Source: Candidatus Hodarchaeota archaeon (GTDB lineage: Archaea; Asgardarchaeota; Heimdallarchaeia; Hodarchaeales; Hodarchaeaceae). Taken from it: a DNA stretch of 64,000 nucleotides. The DNA is taken from positions 1 to 64,000 of the forward strand of contig JAEOTM010000057.1 of assembly GCA_016839815.1 (NCBI GenBank), given 5' to 3'. This document shows, piece by piece, positions 37,819 through 47,652 of the stretch; position 1 is the stretch's first letter, and each line of letters opens with the position of its first letter. The notes under the pieces were generated by a model that was not told the origin of the DNA, made no database searches, and was given only the letters and a program-made list of their open reading frames with translations. The translations under genes and the position numbers were made by a program.

Positions 37819-38697
37819 ATGAAACTCACTAAAAAGAAAATTATAATGATTACGTTTATTGCATTTTTATCCTTTGGTTCCATTGGGTCTAGCGTCTTGG
37901 GAGGAACGGTATCGGTTACTCAATCCACATCCGGATTTGTTGCACCGATAGCTCCCTCAGATTTAAGTCTGGTTGACGGTCAAATCGCAGATTTTTGGAT
38001 CAACGTCACCTCTTATCAAAACATTTCAGAATTCGGAGAAGGAGGATATGTCAAATTTGCAAATAATGAAACACATCTTTATTCGTTACTTGTATTCCCA
38101 TCAGATAGTGATTGGGTTTCAGTTGAATTTCAACCAGAACCTGATGCATGTATGACTAACCTAAATGATGGATGGAGCCTGTATGTGACAGAAAATCCCG
38201 ATACAGTCGAAGCTAAAGATATTAAATTTGTCGGGGTTGTAATGCCAGACGATGATGCCCAAAAAGATATTACAATTGAAAGTGTATTCGAGGGAAGTAT
38301 GACATACGTGGAGTTAGTTCGGCCATTTGATACTGGAGATACAGACGGTTATGATATTGTTTATACAAACGGAAGTTTAAATATGATGCAGTTTGCCTCA
38401 GCTTCGGATCATATTGGAGCTCATACTGATTATTATTTGCTTATTACTGATTCCCTTGCAGGAGATGTTCCCACTAATCCTTCCGTTGATATTCCAACAG
38501 GTGCCAATCTTGGACAGATAAAATTCCTCTTATTAGGTGTAACTCCAGTGGGTGTCGTCGTTTTCATTCTTTTCCATGCATTCCGTAGAGTATATTCAAG
38601 TCCTATTAAACACGAATTCAATAGAGTTGTTGGTAATTCTCATAAACCCCCAACATTTATGGAACGTTGGAGAGAAACTTTTGGATCAAAGCAATAA
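37819..38697 (+). CDS. Secreted DOMON-like protein with C-terminal membrane anchor
   Basis: Signal peptide; WVSVEF..CM..DG, ELVRPFDTGD..D, FAS..DHIGAH; single C-terminal TM. Confidence 0.62.
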   Translation: MKLTKKKIIMITFIAFLSFGSIGSSVLGGTVSVTQSTSGFVAPIAPSDLSLVDGQIADFWINVTSYQNISEFGEGGYVKFANNETHLYSLLVFPSDSDWVSVEFQPEPDACMTNLNDGWSLYVTENPDTVEAKDIKFVGVVMPDDDAQKDITIESVFEGSMTYVELVRPFDTGDTDGYDIVYTNGSLNMMQFASASDHIGAHTDYYLLITDSLAGDVPTNPSVDIPTGANLGQIKFLLLGVTPVGVVVFILFHAFRRVYSSPIKHEFNRVVGNSHKPPTFMERWRETFGSKQ

Positions 38698-38750
38698 ACT
38701 CTGAAGTCAATCCTCCCAACAATCTTAATCGACCAGTTAACAAGTAAGAT

Positions 38751-39476
38751 GTGGCGAACATGTCTGAAACAGCGAAATCTAGCACAGAAGTACAAACTAA
38801 ATTTAAACTTCTCATTGTCGAACGATATAAGCGATCTCAGCGAATTCATCACTGGATCCATGTCATATTTATGATTTTTTTCCTATTCACAGGTCTCGAA
38901 CTGATCCTTAAGATGTATTTTGTTGGAGATTACTTCTTTACTCGAGATTTACACCTAGCATCTGGTATTTTTATAGGGTTCTGGGACCTTATTATCTTCC
39001 CTGCTATTGTGGTAAAATTCAAAAAGTATGGAGAATTGATACCTACTCCAAGAGATTTCCTGGATATGGTCATAATATTTCTATGTGCAATCAGAATTCT
39101 TCCTGATGAAAAATATCCACATTATGACTATTATAACCCTGAAGAAAAGAAATACATCATGAAATATCACCCTGCTCAAAAAGTACTCTCTTTAACGAAT
39201 CTACTAGCCATATTTGCTATGGGAGTTACAGGAATTGTTCTTTCAAAAACAACTCATCCTGACAAATTACCAGTGATTGTTGTTGACATTTTTTCAGCGA
39301 TCGCTAGTCCGTTAGACGCTCTCTTTATTGATATCCGTTTTGTTCACTTTTTGGTCTTTCTATACTTTATTATGACAACTATGATTCACTTTTATTTCGC
39401 AATTATTCCACAGAATCGTGAGCGTCTCCGAGGTATGGTCACAGGAAAGGAACGAATTCCACTCGAGAAAAAATGA
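38751..39476 (+). CDS. Cytochrome b (FdnI/HyaC-like di-heme membrane subunit)
   Basis: QRIHHW, LHL.SG, KYHPAQK, FVH...IHFY, MVTG; alternative ATG at 38760. Confidence 0.85.
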   Translation: MANMSETAKSSTEVQTKFKLLIVERYKRSQRIHHWIHVIFMIFFLFTGLELILKMYFVGDYFFTRDLHLASGIFIGFWDLIIFPAIVVKFKKYGELIPTPRDFLDMVIIFLCAIRILPDEKYPHYDYYNPEEKKYIMKYHPAQKVLSLTNLLAIFAMGVTGIVLSKTTHPDKLPVIVVDIFSAIASPLDALFIDIRFVHFLVFLYFIMTTMIHFYFAIIPQNRERLRGMVTGKERIPLEKK

Positions 39477-39639
39477 ATTTCTGATTCATTGTTTCTCTCG
39501 AATGTTTCTTTCTTACTTCTTTTGATGAATGCAATTCTTTACAAAGTTTACACTGAAATATATGAAAAAAGTATTAAAAATGTGTAAACCGCCAGTAGAC
39601 CTTATATAGAACCCTTTCCCAACTATTACATGATTTATA

Positions 39640-40305
39640 GTGTTTATCAGGGAAAAAGAAGTCAATTTTTCAGATTATAATGTCAAATTTCTTCTAGCTT
39701 TTCTTTTTGCAGTAATTCTACCTTTCTTGATGGTAAGCACTCTAATCATTAATATCTCTTTTAACATTATTTTTTTCCCGTTTACTGTTATCCATGAAGT
39801 AGGTCATTTTATTGTAGCTATACTGCTCTTTCCTGAACAAAATCCTCAATTAAAATTACTTACCTTTAAAGAAGGATTAAAATGCGGATGTGTGACCCTT
39901 GGTGGATTAGAAATCTCTTGGGGAACAATTATTCTATTACTATCTGGATCTGTACTTGTAATATTAACTGTAACAATGGGGATGTGTATTTTAAGCCGCA
40001 AAAATAACAAACTAAACCCATACATTCAAAAATATCTTCTATTCGGCTTACTCTGCGATCTTCCCAATCTTTTTCCTACCTATCCTTCTGAGGGGGTTGT
40101 AACCGATGGCTTTCGTACTTGGTTATTTCTTCATGATCTTATCAATCTTCCCTACCCAACTCCCCAATTTTCTCTGATCTTTACAGCAATTGCTTCAGTT
40201 ATAATATTCTATTCTTCCTTTTATCTTGGACTCTTTTTATTTGAAATTCTACTAAATTCCGTTGGAAAATGGCAAAACCAGTCAATATATCCTTCGGTAT
40301 CCTGA
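39640..40305 (+). CDS. M50-like membrane metallopeptidase
   Basis: HEVGH next to a TM helix, later TDG. Confidence 0.65.
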   Translation: MFIREKEVNFSDYNVKFLLAFLFAVILPFLMVSTLIINISFNIIFFPFTVIHEVGHFIVAILLFPEQNPQLKLLTFKEGLKCGCVTLGGLEISWGTIILLLSGSVLVILTVTMGMCILSRKNNKLNPYIQKYLLFGLLCDLPNLFPTYPSEGVVTDGFRTWLFLHDLINLPYPTPQFSLIFTAIASVIIFYSSFYLGLFLFEILLNSVGKWQNQSIYPSVS

Positions 40306-40481
40306 TAATCAGTATCTTCACTCTTTTCGGAAACAAAAATTTATGATCTGAATGATTTCGTACAAGAATGAGATTCTTATCCCATTTCGTTTGAAAAATT
40401 ACCCGAAATCTGTAAAAATTTAGTGCAAACTTAGTAAAGTTAAGTATATTCACCGAACAGAAGAGAAATTCGTGAACTGTT

Positions 40482-40958
40482 ATGCCATCAGAGGATTATA
40501 TTATTTCTATGTTCAGGAAAGATGATTGTAAACGGCTTATTCGGTCTAAACTAAATGCTTTATCTGAATCGGCAACCATACGAGAAGCAATTGATGCACT
40601 TCGGTCTCAATGGTCAAGTTATGTCTGTGTATTGGATGAAGAACAAAATTTAAAGGGAATCATAACAGAGCGGGATATTCTTCGCTTTATTGGGTCAGGT
40701 TCATTGGATGAGACTGCTCTCGCAACTACTATCATGAATAGCGACTACCATACAATTGAATGTAGAGAATCCATTGCTCAGATCGCTTTAACTCTTTATA
40801 AAAATACATTTATGCATTTGCCTATTTTAGATGAAGGAAAGCTTGTCGGAATTGTCTCTGCACGCGATTTTATACACTATCTAGTCGAATATTTTGCGGA
40901 AAGCGTCCATACACTCAAACCAGCTCAACCAACCCAAGAAAGACGCGAAGGAGCATAA
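40482..40958 (+). CDS. CBS-pair protein
   Basis: GIITERD, HLPI..GKLVGIVS.RD. Confidence 0.88.
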   Translation: MPSEDYIISMFRKDDCKRLIRSKLNALSESATIREAIDALRSQWSSYVCVLDEEQNLKGIITERDILRFIGSGSLDETALATTIMNSDYHTIECRESIAQIALTLYKNTFMHLPILDEGKLVGIVSARDFIHYLVEYFAESVHTLKPAQPTQERREGA

Positions 40959-40999
40959 ATAGCTTCTATATTATTGAGATTATTAATAGAGGAAAATCG

Positions 41000-42901
41000 A
41001 TGACTGAGGTCCAAAAACTCGAAAAACGGAAAAAAGGATTTCCTAAAAAATCTAAAAAAGAACTAGATAGAGTGGTTATTCGTCTAGCGGGTGATAGTGG
41101 GGATGGAATGCAACTAGCCGGCTTGAAATTCACTTCCGCATCTGTAATGTTAGGCAATGATGTTTCTACTTTTCCTGATTATCCTGCAGAGATCCGAGCT
41201 CCTCAAGGAACTTTAGCAGGTGTCTCTGGATTTCAGGTACACTTTTCTGCCACAGAAATTTATACTCCAGGAGATTCCTTGGATACACTCGTTGCAATGA
41301 ACCCCGCAGCGTTGAAAGTTAACATTCAGGATTTAAAACCAAGTGGAATATTAATAATTAACAAGGATTCTTTTACTCCAAGAAATTTAACAAAGGCTGG
41401 ATATTCAACTAGTCCATTAGAGGATGGATCGTTGGAAAATTTCCGTGTATATCCTGTTAATATAACAAAACTGAATAAAGAGGCAGTAAGCAAAATAGAA
41501 GGGATGTCAGGTAAGCAGATCAATCTCACTAGAAATTTCTTTGCATTAGGATTAATATCATGGTTGTATGATAGGCCTCTTGACACGACAATCACTTGGA
41601 TTTCGCAGAAATTTAAAAATCGTCCAACTATCGTAAAAGCTAACACAGAAACACTAAAAGCTGGTTTTTACTTTGGGGAGACTAACGAATTTGTACCTGT
41701 CCAATACACTGTTCCAAAGGCAATGATGGACCCAGGTTTCTATCGATATATTTCAGGGACTCAAGCACTAAGTTTGGGGTTAGCCACTGCTGCTCAACTT
41801 GCGAAACGGGAATTATTTTTCGGTGCTTATCCAATCACGCCAGCAAGTGATTTATTACATGAATTAGTACGGTTAAAGGGGTATGGGATAAAAACCTTTC
41901 AAGCTGAAGATGAAATAGCTGCTATTGGCTCAATAATTGGCGCTGCTTTTGGGGGAAGTATTGGAGTTACTGGAACTTCAGGACCTGGCCTAGCTTTAAT
42001 GAGTGAAGCACTTGGACTTGCAGTAATTACCGAACTACCACTAGTTCTAGTGAATGTGCAACGTGCTGGCCCTAGCACAGGAATGCCTACAAAACCCGAA
42101 CAGAGTGATCTGCTTCAAGTGCTCTTTGGTAGAAATGGAGAATCCCCACTTCCCGTTTTTGCTCCTGAAACTCCAGGAGATTGTTTTACTCTCGCTATAG
42201 AAGCAGTACGAATTGCTTTCAAGTACATGACTCCTGTGGTACTACTATCAGATGCGTATTTAGCTAATAATATTGATCCATGGAAGATTCCAAACATCAG
42301 TAAATATCCCACAATTGAGATTGTCAATCCAACTGATGCCCCTCAAGACTCTGAAGGAAGGTACACACCTTATACAAGAGATGAAAATTTAGCACGTCCA
42401 TATGTTATTCCTGGAACTAAGGGCTTGGAACACAGAATTGGAGGGCTTGAAAAAGAACAAGTAACTGGAAACGTGAGTTATGATCCAGTAAATCATGAAG
42501 AGATGGTAACCCTCAGAGACCAGAAAATCCTTGGTATTTCCCGAGATATTCCTCTCCAGACCATTAATGGGCCTTCTGAAGGTGATGTTCTTGTCTTGTC
42601 TTGGGGTTCAACTTATGGTGCAGCACATACTGCGTGTGAGAATCTAAGAAAAAAAGGACTTTCTGTTGCAGATACTAACTTAAGATATCTTAATCCGTTC
42701 CCTTCAAATCTCAGAGAGATTGTGAAATCCTACAAACAAATTCTTATCCCTGAAATGAACAAAGGACAGTTACAATTCCTTATTCAAGCTCGTTATGCTA
42801 TCAAAACAGAAAGCATGACAAAAGTGCAAGGAAAACCATTTTATATTGAAGAAATTGAAAATAAAATAGAAAAACTTATTATGGGGCTAAATCATGACTA
42901 A
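41000..42901 (+). CDS. korA: 2-oxoacid:ferredoxin oxidoreductase alpha (gamma-alpha fused)
   Basis: AGDSGDGMQ, YPITPA, QAEDEI, TSGPG, QRAGPSTG. Confidence 0.95.
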   Translation: MTEVQKLEKRKKGFPKKSKKELDRVVIRLAGDSGDGMQLAGLKFTSASVMLGNDVSTFPDYPAEIRAPQGTLAGVSGFQVHFSATEIYTPGDSLDTLVAMNPAALKVNIQDLKPSGILIINKDSFTPRNLTKAGYSTSPLEDGSLENFRVYPVNITKLNKEAVSKIEGMSGKQINLTRNFFALGLISWLYDRPLDTTITWISQKFKNRPTIVKANTETLKAGFYFGETNEFVPVQYTVPKAMMDPGFYRYISGTQALSLGLATAAQLAKRELFFGAYPITPASDLLHELVRLKGYGIKTFQAEDEIAAIGSIIGAAFGGSIGVTGTSGPGLALMSEALGLAVITELPLVLVNVQRAGPSTGMPTKPEQSDLLQVLFGRNGESPLPVFAPETPGDCFTLAIEAVRIAFKYMTPVVLLSDAYLANNIDPWKIPNISKYPTIEIVNPTDAPQDSEGRYTPYTRDENLARPYVIPGTKGLEHRIGGLEKEQVTGNVSYDPVNHEEMVTLRDQKILGISRDIPLQTINGPSEGDVLVLSWGSTYGAAHTACENLRKKGLSVADTNLRYLNPFPSNLREIVKSYKQILIPEMNKGQLQFLIQARYAIKTESMTKVQGKPFYIEEIENKIEKLIMGLNHD

Positions 42902-43925
42902 GGACGAAAGTATTACAACTGATTCCTTGTTATCACCGAAGGATTTTGATTCAGGATTTGATGTACGATGGTGTCCAGGTTGTGGAGATTACGCAATTTT
43001 AGCGAATTTAAAGCGAGTTTTTCCTACTTTGGGTATTCCTAAAGAGAATTTTGTTATAATTAGTGGAATTGGATGTAGTAGTCGATTTCCGTATTATATG
43101 GACACATATGGTATGCATACAATCCACGGGAGAGCTCCAACAATTGCAACGGGACTTAAATGTAGTAGACCTGATCTTTCAGTCTGGGTAGTTACTGGTG
43201 ATGGTGACGGTTTATCTATTGGAGGAAACCATTTAATGCATGCAATTCGGAGAAATATCGATATCAAAATCATTCTCTTTAACAATCAAATATATGGATT
43301 AACCAAAGGACAGTATTCTCCAACGACAAAACAATCTAAACGCACGAAATCATCCCCCACAGGATCCATAGATTACCCTGTGAATCCAATTTCATGGGCA
43401 TTAGGAGCTGAGGCTACATTTATCGCTCGAACGATATTCCAGTACCCAGATCATATGCAATACGTTCTCCGTCGTGCGGCTGAACATAAGGGAGTCAGTT
43501 TTGTCGAAATTTATCAAAACTGTGTGATTTTTAATGATGGAGCTTTCCAGTATGCTACTGATAAAGAGATGCGGTATGATAATATCTTTGAATTAGAACA
43601 TGGAAAACCCATGAAATTTGGCCGTGATCAAGAAAAAGGTATATTTCTCCATGGATTAACACCCAAAGTTATTAATTATAAACAAGCAGGTTTTGAAGAA
43701 ACAGATTTACTCCACCACGATGAGAGTGTCCAAGAATCAACATTAGCGTTTTTTCTTTCACGAATGCGCTATCCTGAATTTCCTGAACCAATTGGAATCT
43801 TTCGTGCTATTCAAAAACCAACCTATAATGATCTCCTGAGTAAACAGATGGAAGAAGCAAAACAAGGTGTTAATAGGCCTCTTCAAGAAGTTATAAATGG
43901 AGAAGAAAATTGGACGGTTACATAA
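42894..43925 (+). CDS. korB: 2-oxoacid:ferredoxin oxidoreductase beta
   Basis: WCPGCGD, GIGCSS, GDGDG, NNQIYGLTKGQ. Confidence 0.95.
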   Translation: MTKDESITTDSLLSPKDFDSGFDVRWCPGCGDYAILANLKRVFPTLGIPKENFVIISGIGCSSRFPYYMDTYGMHTIHGRAPTIATGLKCSRPDLSVWVVTGDGDGLSIGGNHLMHAIRRNIDIKIILFNNQIYGLTKGQYSPTTKQSKRTKSSPTGSIDYPVNPISWALGAEATFIARTIFQYPDHMQYVLRRAAEHKGVSFVEIYQNCVIFNDGAFQYATDKEMRYDNIFELEHGKPMKFGRDQEKGIFLHGLTPKVINYKQAGFEETDLLHHDESVQESTLAFFLSRMRYPEFPEPIGIFRAIQKPTYNDLLSKQMEEAKQGVNRPLQEVINGEENWTVT

Positions 43926-43980
43926 TCCTTTGTAAAATGACATTTAACTAATATAAACAGCGGTATAGGAAGAAACTAGT

Positions 43981-44493
43981 ATGAAATGTCCAGCGTGTGG
44001 ATATACAAATTTACCTGGAGCATCAGTATGCGAGAATTGTAGTACTGACTTGACATATTTTGAGGAACCAAAAATCGTTACAGAATCCAAAATAGAAAAA
44101 GCTATCATGAAAGATACGCTTGATCATATCTGCAAAGAAAAATCTATTGCAATTAAAGTTACACCCACAATGTCGATACGAGAAGTAATCGATCTAATGT
44201 TGAAAAACCAAAAATGTTCAGTTGTCATTATGGAGGAGGAGAAGATTGTAGGAATATTTACAGAAAGGTCATTACTTAAACGTGTCTGCGGAGAATCACC
44301 TATTAATGTAGATCGACCAATATCAGAAGCCATGCTTTGCGATCCCGAAATCTTGAATTCTAATAATTGTGTAGCGGATGCTTTACACATGATGGAAGCG
44401 GGTGGATATACTTATGCTATTGTAGAAGGGAATCCTTTACGAGTATTAAATATCAAAGATATCTTAGAGTATATTATCGAACTAGAAGTCTGA
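43981..44493 (+). CDS. Zinc-ribbon + CBS-pair protein
   Basis: CPAC..CENC then GIFTERS. Confidence 0.85.
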   Translation: MKCPACGYTNLPGASVCENCSTDLTYFEEPKIVTESKIEKAIMKDTLDHICKEKSIAIKVTPTMSIREVIDLMLKNQKCSVVIMEEEKIVGIFTERSLLKRVCGESPINVDRPISEAMLCDPEILNSNNCVADALHMMEAGGYTYAIVEGNPLRVLNIKDILEYIIELEV

Positions 44494-44517
44494 AGAATAG
44501 CTTGTAGATGAAATTCT

Positions 44518-44928
44518 ATGAATAAAAAAGTCAATTCCTCTGAAGAGGAATGGAGAGAGAAGTTATCTCTTAACCAATTTCGAATTCTTCGAGAAAAAGG
44601 TACTGAACCAGCTTTTACTGGTGAATTTTGGAATCATTTTGAAGATGGACAATACATATGTGCAGGTTGTGATACAATTTTATTCGTTTCTGATACGAAA
44701 TTTGAATCTAATTGTGGATGGCCAAGCTTCTCAGTTCCAGCAGATGACGTTATTGATGAAAAAAAAGATGTTAGTCATGGAATGATCAGGACAGAAGTAT
44801 TATGCAAAAACTGTGGTGGTCACCTTGGACATGTTTTTAATGATGGCCCCAAAGATAAAGGTGGTCTACGCTATTGTATCAATTCCCTCTCACTTATTTT
44901 TAAAGACAAGAAATCCAACTCTGATTAG
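44518..44928 (+). CDS. msrB: Methionine-R-sulfoxide reductase
   Basis: GTEPAF, CAGC, CGWPSF, HLGHVF.DGP, RYCINS. Confidence 0.96.
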   Translation: MNKKVNSSEEEWREKLSLNQFRILREKGTEPAFTGEFWNHFEDGQYICAGCDTILFVSDTKFESNCGWPSFSVPADDVIDEKKDVSHGMIRTEVLCKNCGGHLGHVFNDGPKDKGGLRYCINSLSLIFKDKKSNSD

Positions 44929-44982
44929 TCTAAGATCCTGTCAAATTAAATTCCTTAGTACTCAAAGGATAAGAAATGCGGT

Positions 44983-46341
44983 TTAATACTGATTTCTCTT
45001 TTTTCTATACCTGTACAGAACGAGTGCTATAAGAAAAACATAAGGGAGAATTTGGCTAGAGGTCAAGTAAGGGAAACTATCACTTGTCATTTCTGTACTG
45101 GTGTCATTACTTTGAGTAGAAGATGCATTATATGGAGTACTTAATGGATATGGATCAGAATTTTCGGCTTCTCCATGTATATTATAAGGGAAATCGACAT
45201 AATTATCACTATCATCGTCCGGGATTGTCCAATCATCCCAGAAATTATGAATAAATGTATTTCCAAAACCAGAGTCAAACGCCTGAGCCGTATTTGTTAT
45301 GGAATTAACGAAAAAATTATTGTAGGATACATGGTTATTTGAGGTTGAATTAGTAAGTGATAATCCGTAGTTCTGAGAGTATTCAATGTTGTTTCGAATA
45401 ATTGTTATATTATGGCAATCTTCAAGGGCACCTATACCATAATTACTGTGTTGGGAGATCGAGTTGTTCTCAATTCTGAAGTTGGATGCCCATAAAATCT
45501 CAATTCCACTTATTCCATTGTAATAGATCAGATTATCGGTAATTGTGGAATTTCCAAATGCAAATTCATACTGAATTCCATTCATTTCATTGTGGTGAAT
45601 TCTGTTTTTAGTAATATTTACAAGAAAATTGTCACCAAGGAAGATACCACATCGAGTATTATCATGAATATCATTTTCATATACTTCTGTATCACGAGTA
45701 AACATTAGAAATTCCAACCCCTCTCCATTCTCATAGACATTATTTCTAATAATTTTTACATGTTCAAAATCTTCTATACCTATTCCTTTCCAGGAATTCC
45801 TTGTGATTTCATTCTCAAATATTAGCGCGGCTCCATGGCCGAACATTTCTATTCCCACATCATTATCTTCAATTACATTGTTCGATATAGTGGTATTCGA
45901 ACCTTGCAGGAGAATCCCTGACCAAGCGTTATTGAAAATATGATTCATAGAAACTTTTATATTGTATGTATTCAAAAGTGATATTCCTAATTCTCCACCA
46001 GACAATTCATTTTTCTCGATAGTTACATGCAGTGATGTTCCTTCTATCCTAATGAGTCTCTCATCAGCTTGAGAGATTGATAGATTTGAAATAATAAAAG
46101 GTGTGTTCGATGACCCATCACGAGTTCCATTTAAATCCCAGTTCTCAGCCCGAGCTTTAGATCTAAGATCTTCGTTATTTGTAATGTGAATAGGATCATG
46201 AACTTTAAAGTCTGCTGGTGAGTTAATGGACTGATTTTTAGAGCCTGAATTGATCAATAAATTTCCACTGTGTAAATTAATTACAATTACGGTACAAATA
46301 CAGAGAATTAACAAATACTTTCGAGACACTACCTCGTCCAC
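44983..46341 (-). CDS. Cell-surface right-handed beta-helix (NosD-like) protein
   Basis: Signal peptide, repeated NxIxxN..GI strands, NFWDD, D.YPL, Ser/Thr linker, C-terminal TM + basic tail. Confidence 0.85.
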   Translation of the reverse strand: MDEVVSRKYLLILCICTVIVINLHSGNLLINSGSKNQSINSPADFKVHDPIHITNNEDLRSKARAENWDLNGTRDGSSNTPFIISNLSISQADERLIRIEGTSLHVTIEKNELSGGELGISLLNTYNIKVSMNHIFNNAWSGILLQGSNTTISNNVIEDNDVGIEMFGHGAALIFENEITRNSWKGIGIEDFEHVKIIRNNVYENGEGLEFLMFTRDTEVYENDIHDNTRCGIFLGDNFLVNITKNRIHHNEMNGIQYEFAFGNSTITDNLIYYNGISGIEILWASNFRIENNSISQHSNYGIGALEDCHNITIIRNNIEYSQNYGLSLTNSTSNNHVSYNNFFVNSITNTAQAFDSGFGNTFIHNFWDDWTIPDDDSDNYVDFPYNIHGEAENSDPYPLSTPYNASSTQSNDTSTEMTSDSFPYLTSSQILPYVFLIALVLYRYRKKRNQY

Positions 46342-46468
46342 TCCAATCTATTCTTACCAAGTTCTTTTATTGGGAGAATGAAAGATATGACCTTTTCTGG
46401 ATATTAATAGTTTATCTTTCTATGCAACACTTTTGACCGAAGAAGGTCTACGACTGAAAAAATGTTTT

Positions 46469-46616
46469 CTAGTCAAATTTAGGTTTAGATGCTTTCAATA
46501 TAAGCATTAAAGGAATTTTTGGATATTTGTCAGGAAGTTGCCACCACCTCTCTCTCTTCCAGAAAAGGATACATTTCCCAAGAGATAAATGGAGATTCAA
46601 GGATAAAATCTATTCT
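46469..46616 (-). pseudogene. Degenerate copy of the 3' end of the SAM methyltransferase gene
   Basis: IDFILESPFISWEMYPFLEERE/(2-nt deletion)/WWQLPDKYPKIPLMLILKASKPKFD*, collinear with the C-terminus of 47653-48471. Confidence 0.85.
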
Positions 46617-46660
46617 CATCAAATTTTGAAGAAGAAAAAGTATTAGAAATATTGCATTAC

Positions 46661-47506
46661 TTAACCTGCTAATCTCCAAACAATTGCTTTCTTCTCCTTT
46701 GAAAGCCGTTTTACAACTCTATTTTCTTTCTCTAAGACAACTAATGCGTTAGGAATACGATCTTTACAGTCATGTGAGATGACGGATGCTTTATCAATAA
46801 TCTCTGCAGTAGTGGCTTCACCTAAGTCTTCTAGGATGGTAGATATTGTGATTTTAGGATCAGGAAGTTTATTCATCAATCTTGTAGCCTCTATTACGAG
46901 AGTAATTCCAAGAATAACTTCAACCAACACAGCAATAAACACGCCGAGAGAAGAAAACCAGGTAAAACTAGGAAAAAATATGTGAGTCAGACTTTCTAGG
47001 AGATAACCCATAGATCCTCCTAATACTAGGAAGATACCTAAAAAACTACTAAGGAATAATCCAAAAAAACGGGATTTGAAAGTTAAAAGTCCAATAAATA
47101 TAAGATAGAACCCATAAACAATATGTGCTAGAAGAAACATGTTTATAAAAAGCTTGATGTCAGCTAGAAGAAATACCATGCTAATAGTAAAAAGAATAAC
47201 CTCTATAGACCTTGAAACTGAAGCAAATAATGAAAGTTTTCTACTTACAGACTTAAAAACATTGAAACCTGCTACAGTGACCATCAAATTAAAAAATAAT
47301 ATAATAAGCAAAGAAAATATTAGAACAAGAAAGATTAATCCATTATCTACAAGATTCGCGACTGTTGTTCGGGTAGATTCTATCGGTACTGTAAATATCG
47401 TATCTAGAGAAAATAGTATGAGGAAAGTAAGAAAAGAGCTACCCAATAATCCAATTCCCACGTTTCTCGCACACATTCGTCTTGTTAAAGGTATCTCTTG
47501 ATTCAA
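46661..47506 (-). CDS. DUF4386-like membrane protein with a C-terminal winged-helix-like domain
   Basis: About 6 TM helices, then ISTILEDLGEATTAEII...LEKENRV...VWRL. Confidence 0.6.
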   Translation of the reverse strand: MNQEIPLTRRMCARNVGIGLLGSSFLTFLILFSLDTIFTVPIESTRTTVANLVDNGLIFLVLIFSLLIILFFNLMVTVAGFNVFKSVSRKLSLFASVSRSIEVILFTISMVFLLADIKLFINMFLLAHIVYGFYLIFIGLLTFKSRFFGLFLSSFLGIFLVLGGSMGYLLESLTHIFFPSFTWFSSLGVFIAVLVEVILGITLVIEATRLMNKLPDPKITISTILEDLGEATTAEIIDKASVISHDCKDRIPNALVVLEKENRVVKRLSKEKKAIVWRLAG

Positions 47507-47652
47507 TTATTATCCTCTCTTTCTTAGTTAGAACCTTTGAGTGAATCTTTGATTCGGATTGAATGTAAACTAGAATTTAAATATGGGTAAATAGGAACTC
47601 TCAGAGACATTAGAACATAGATCCTGAGGATCAATCAGATTTGATTGATTCT

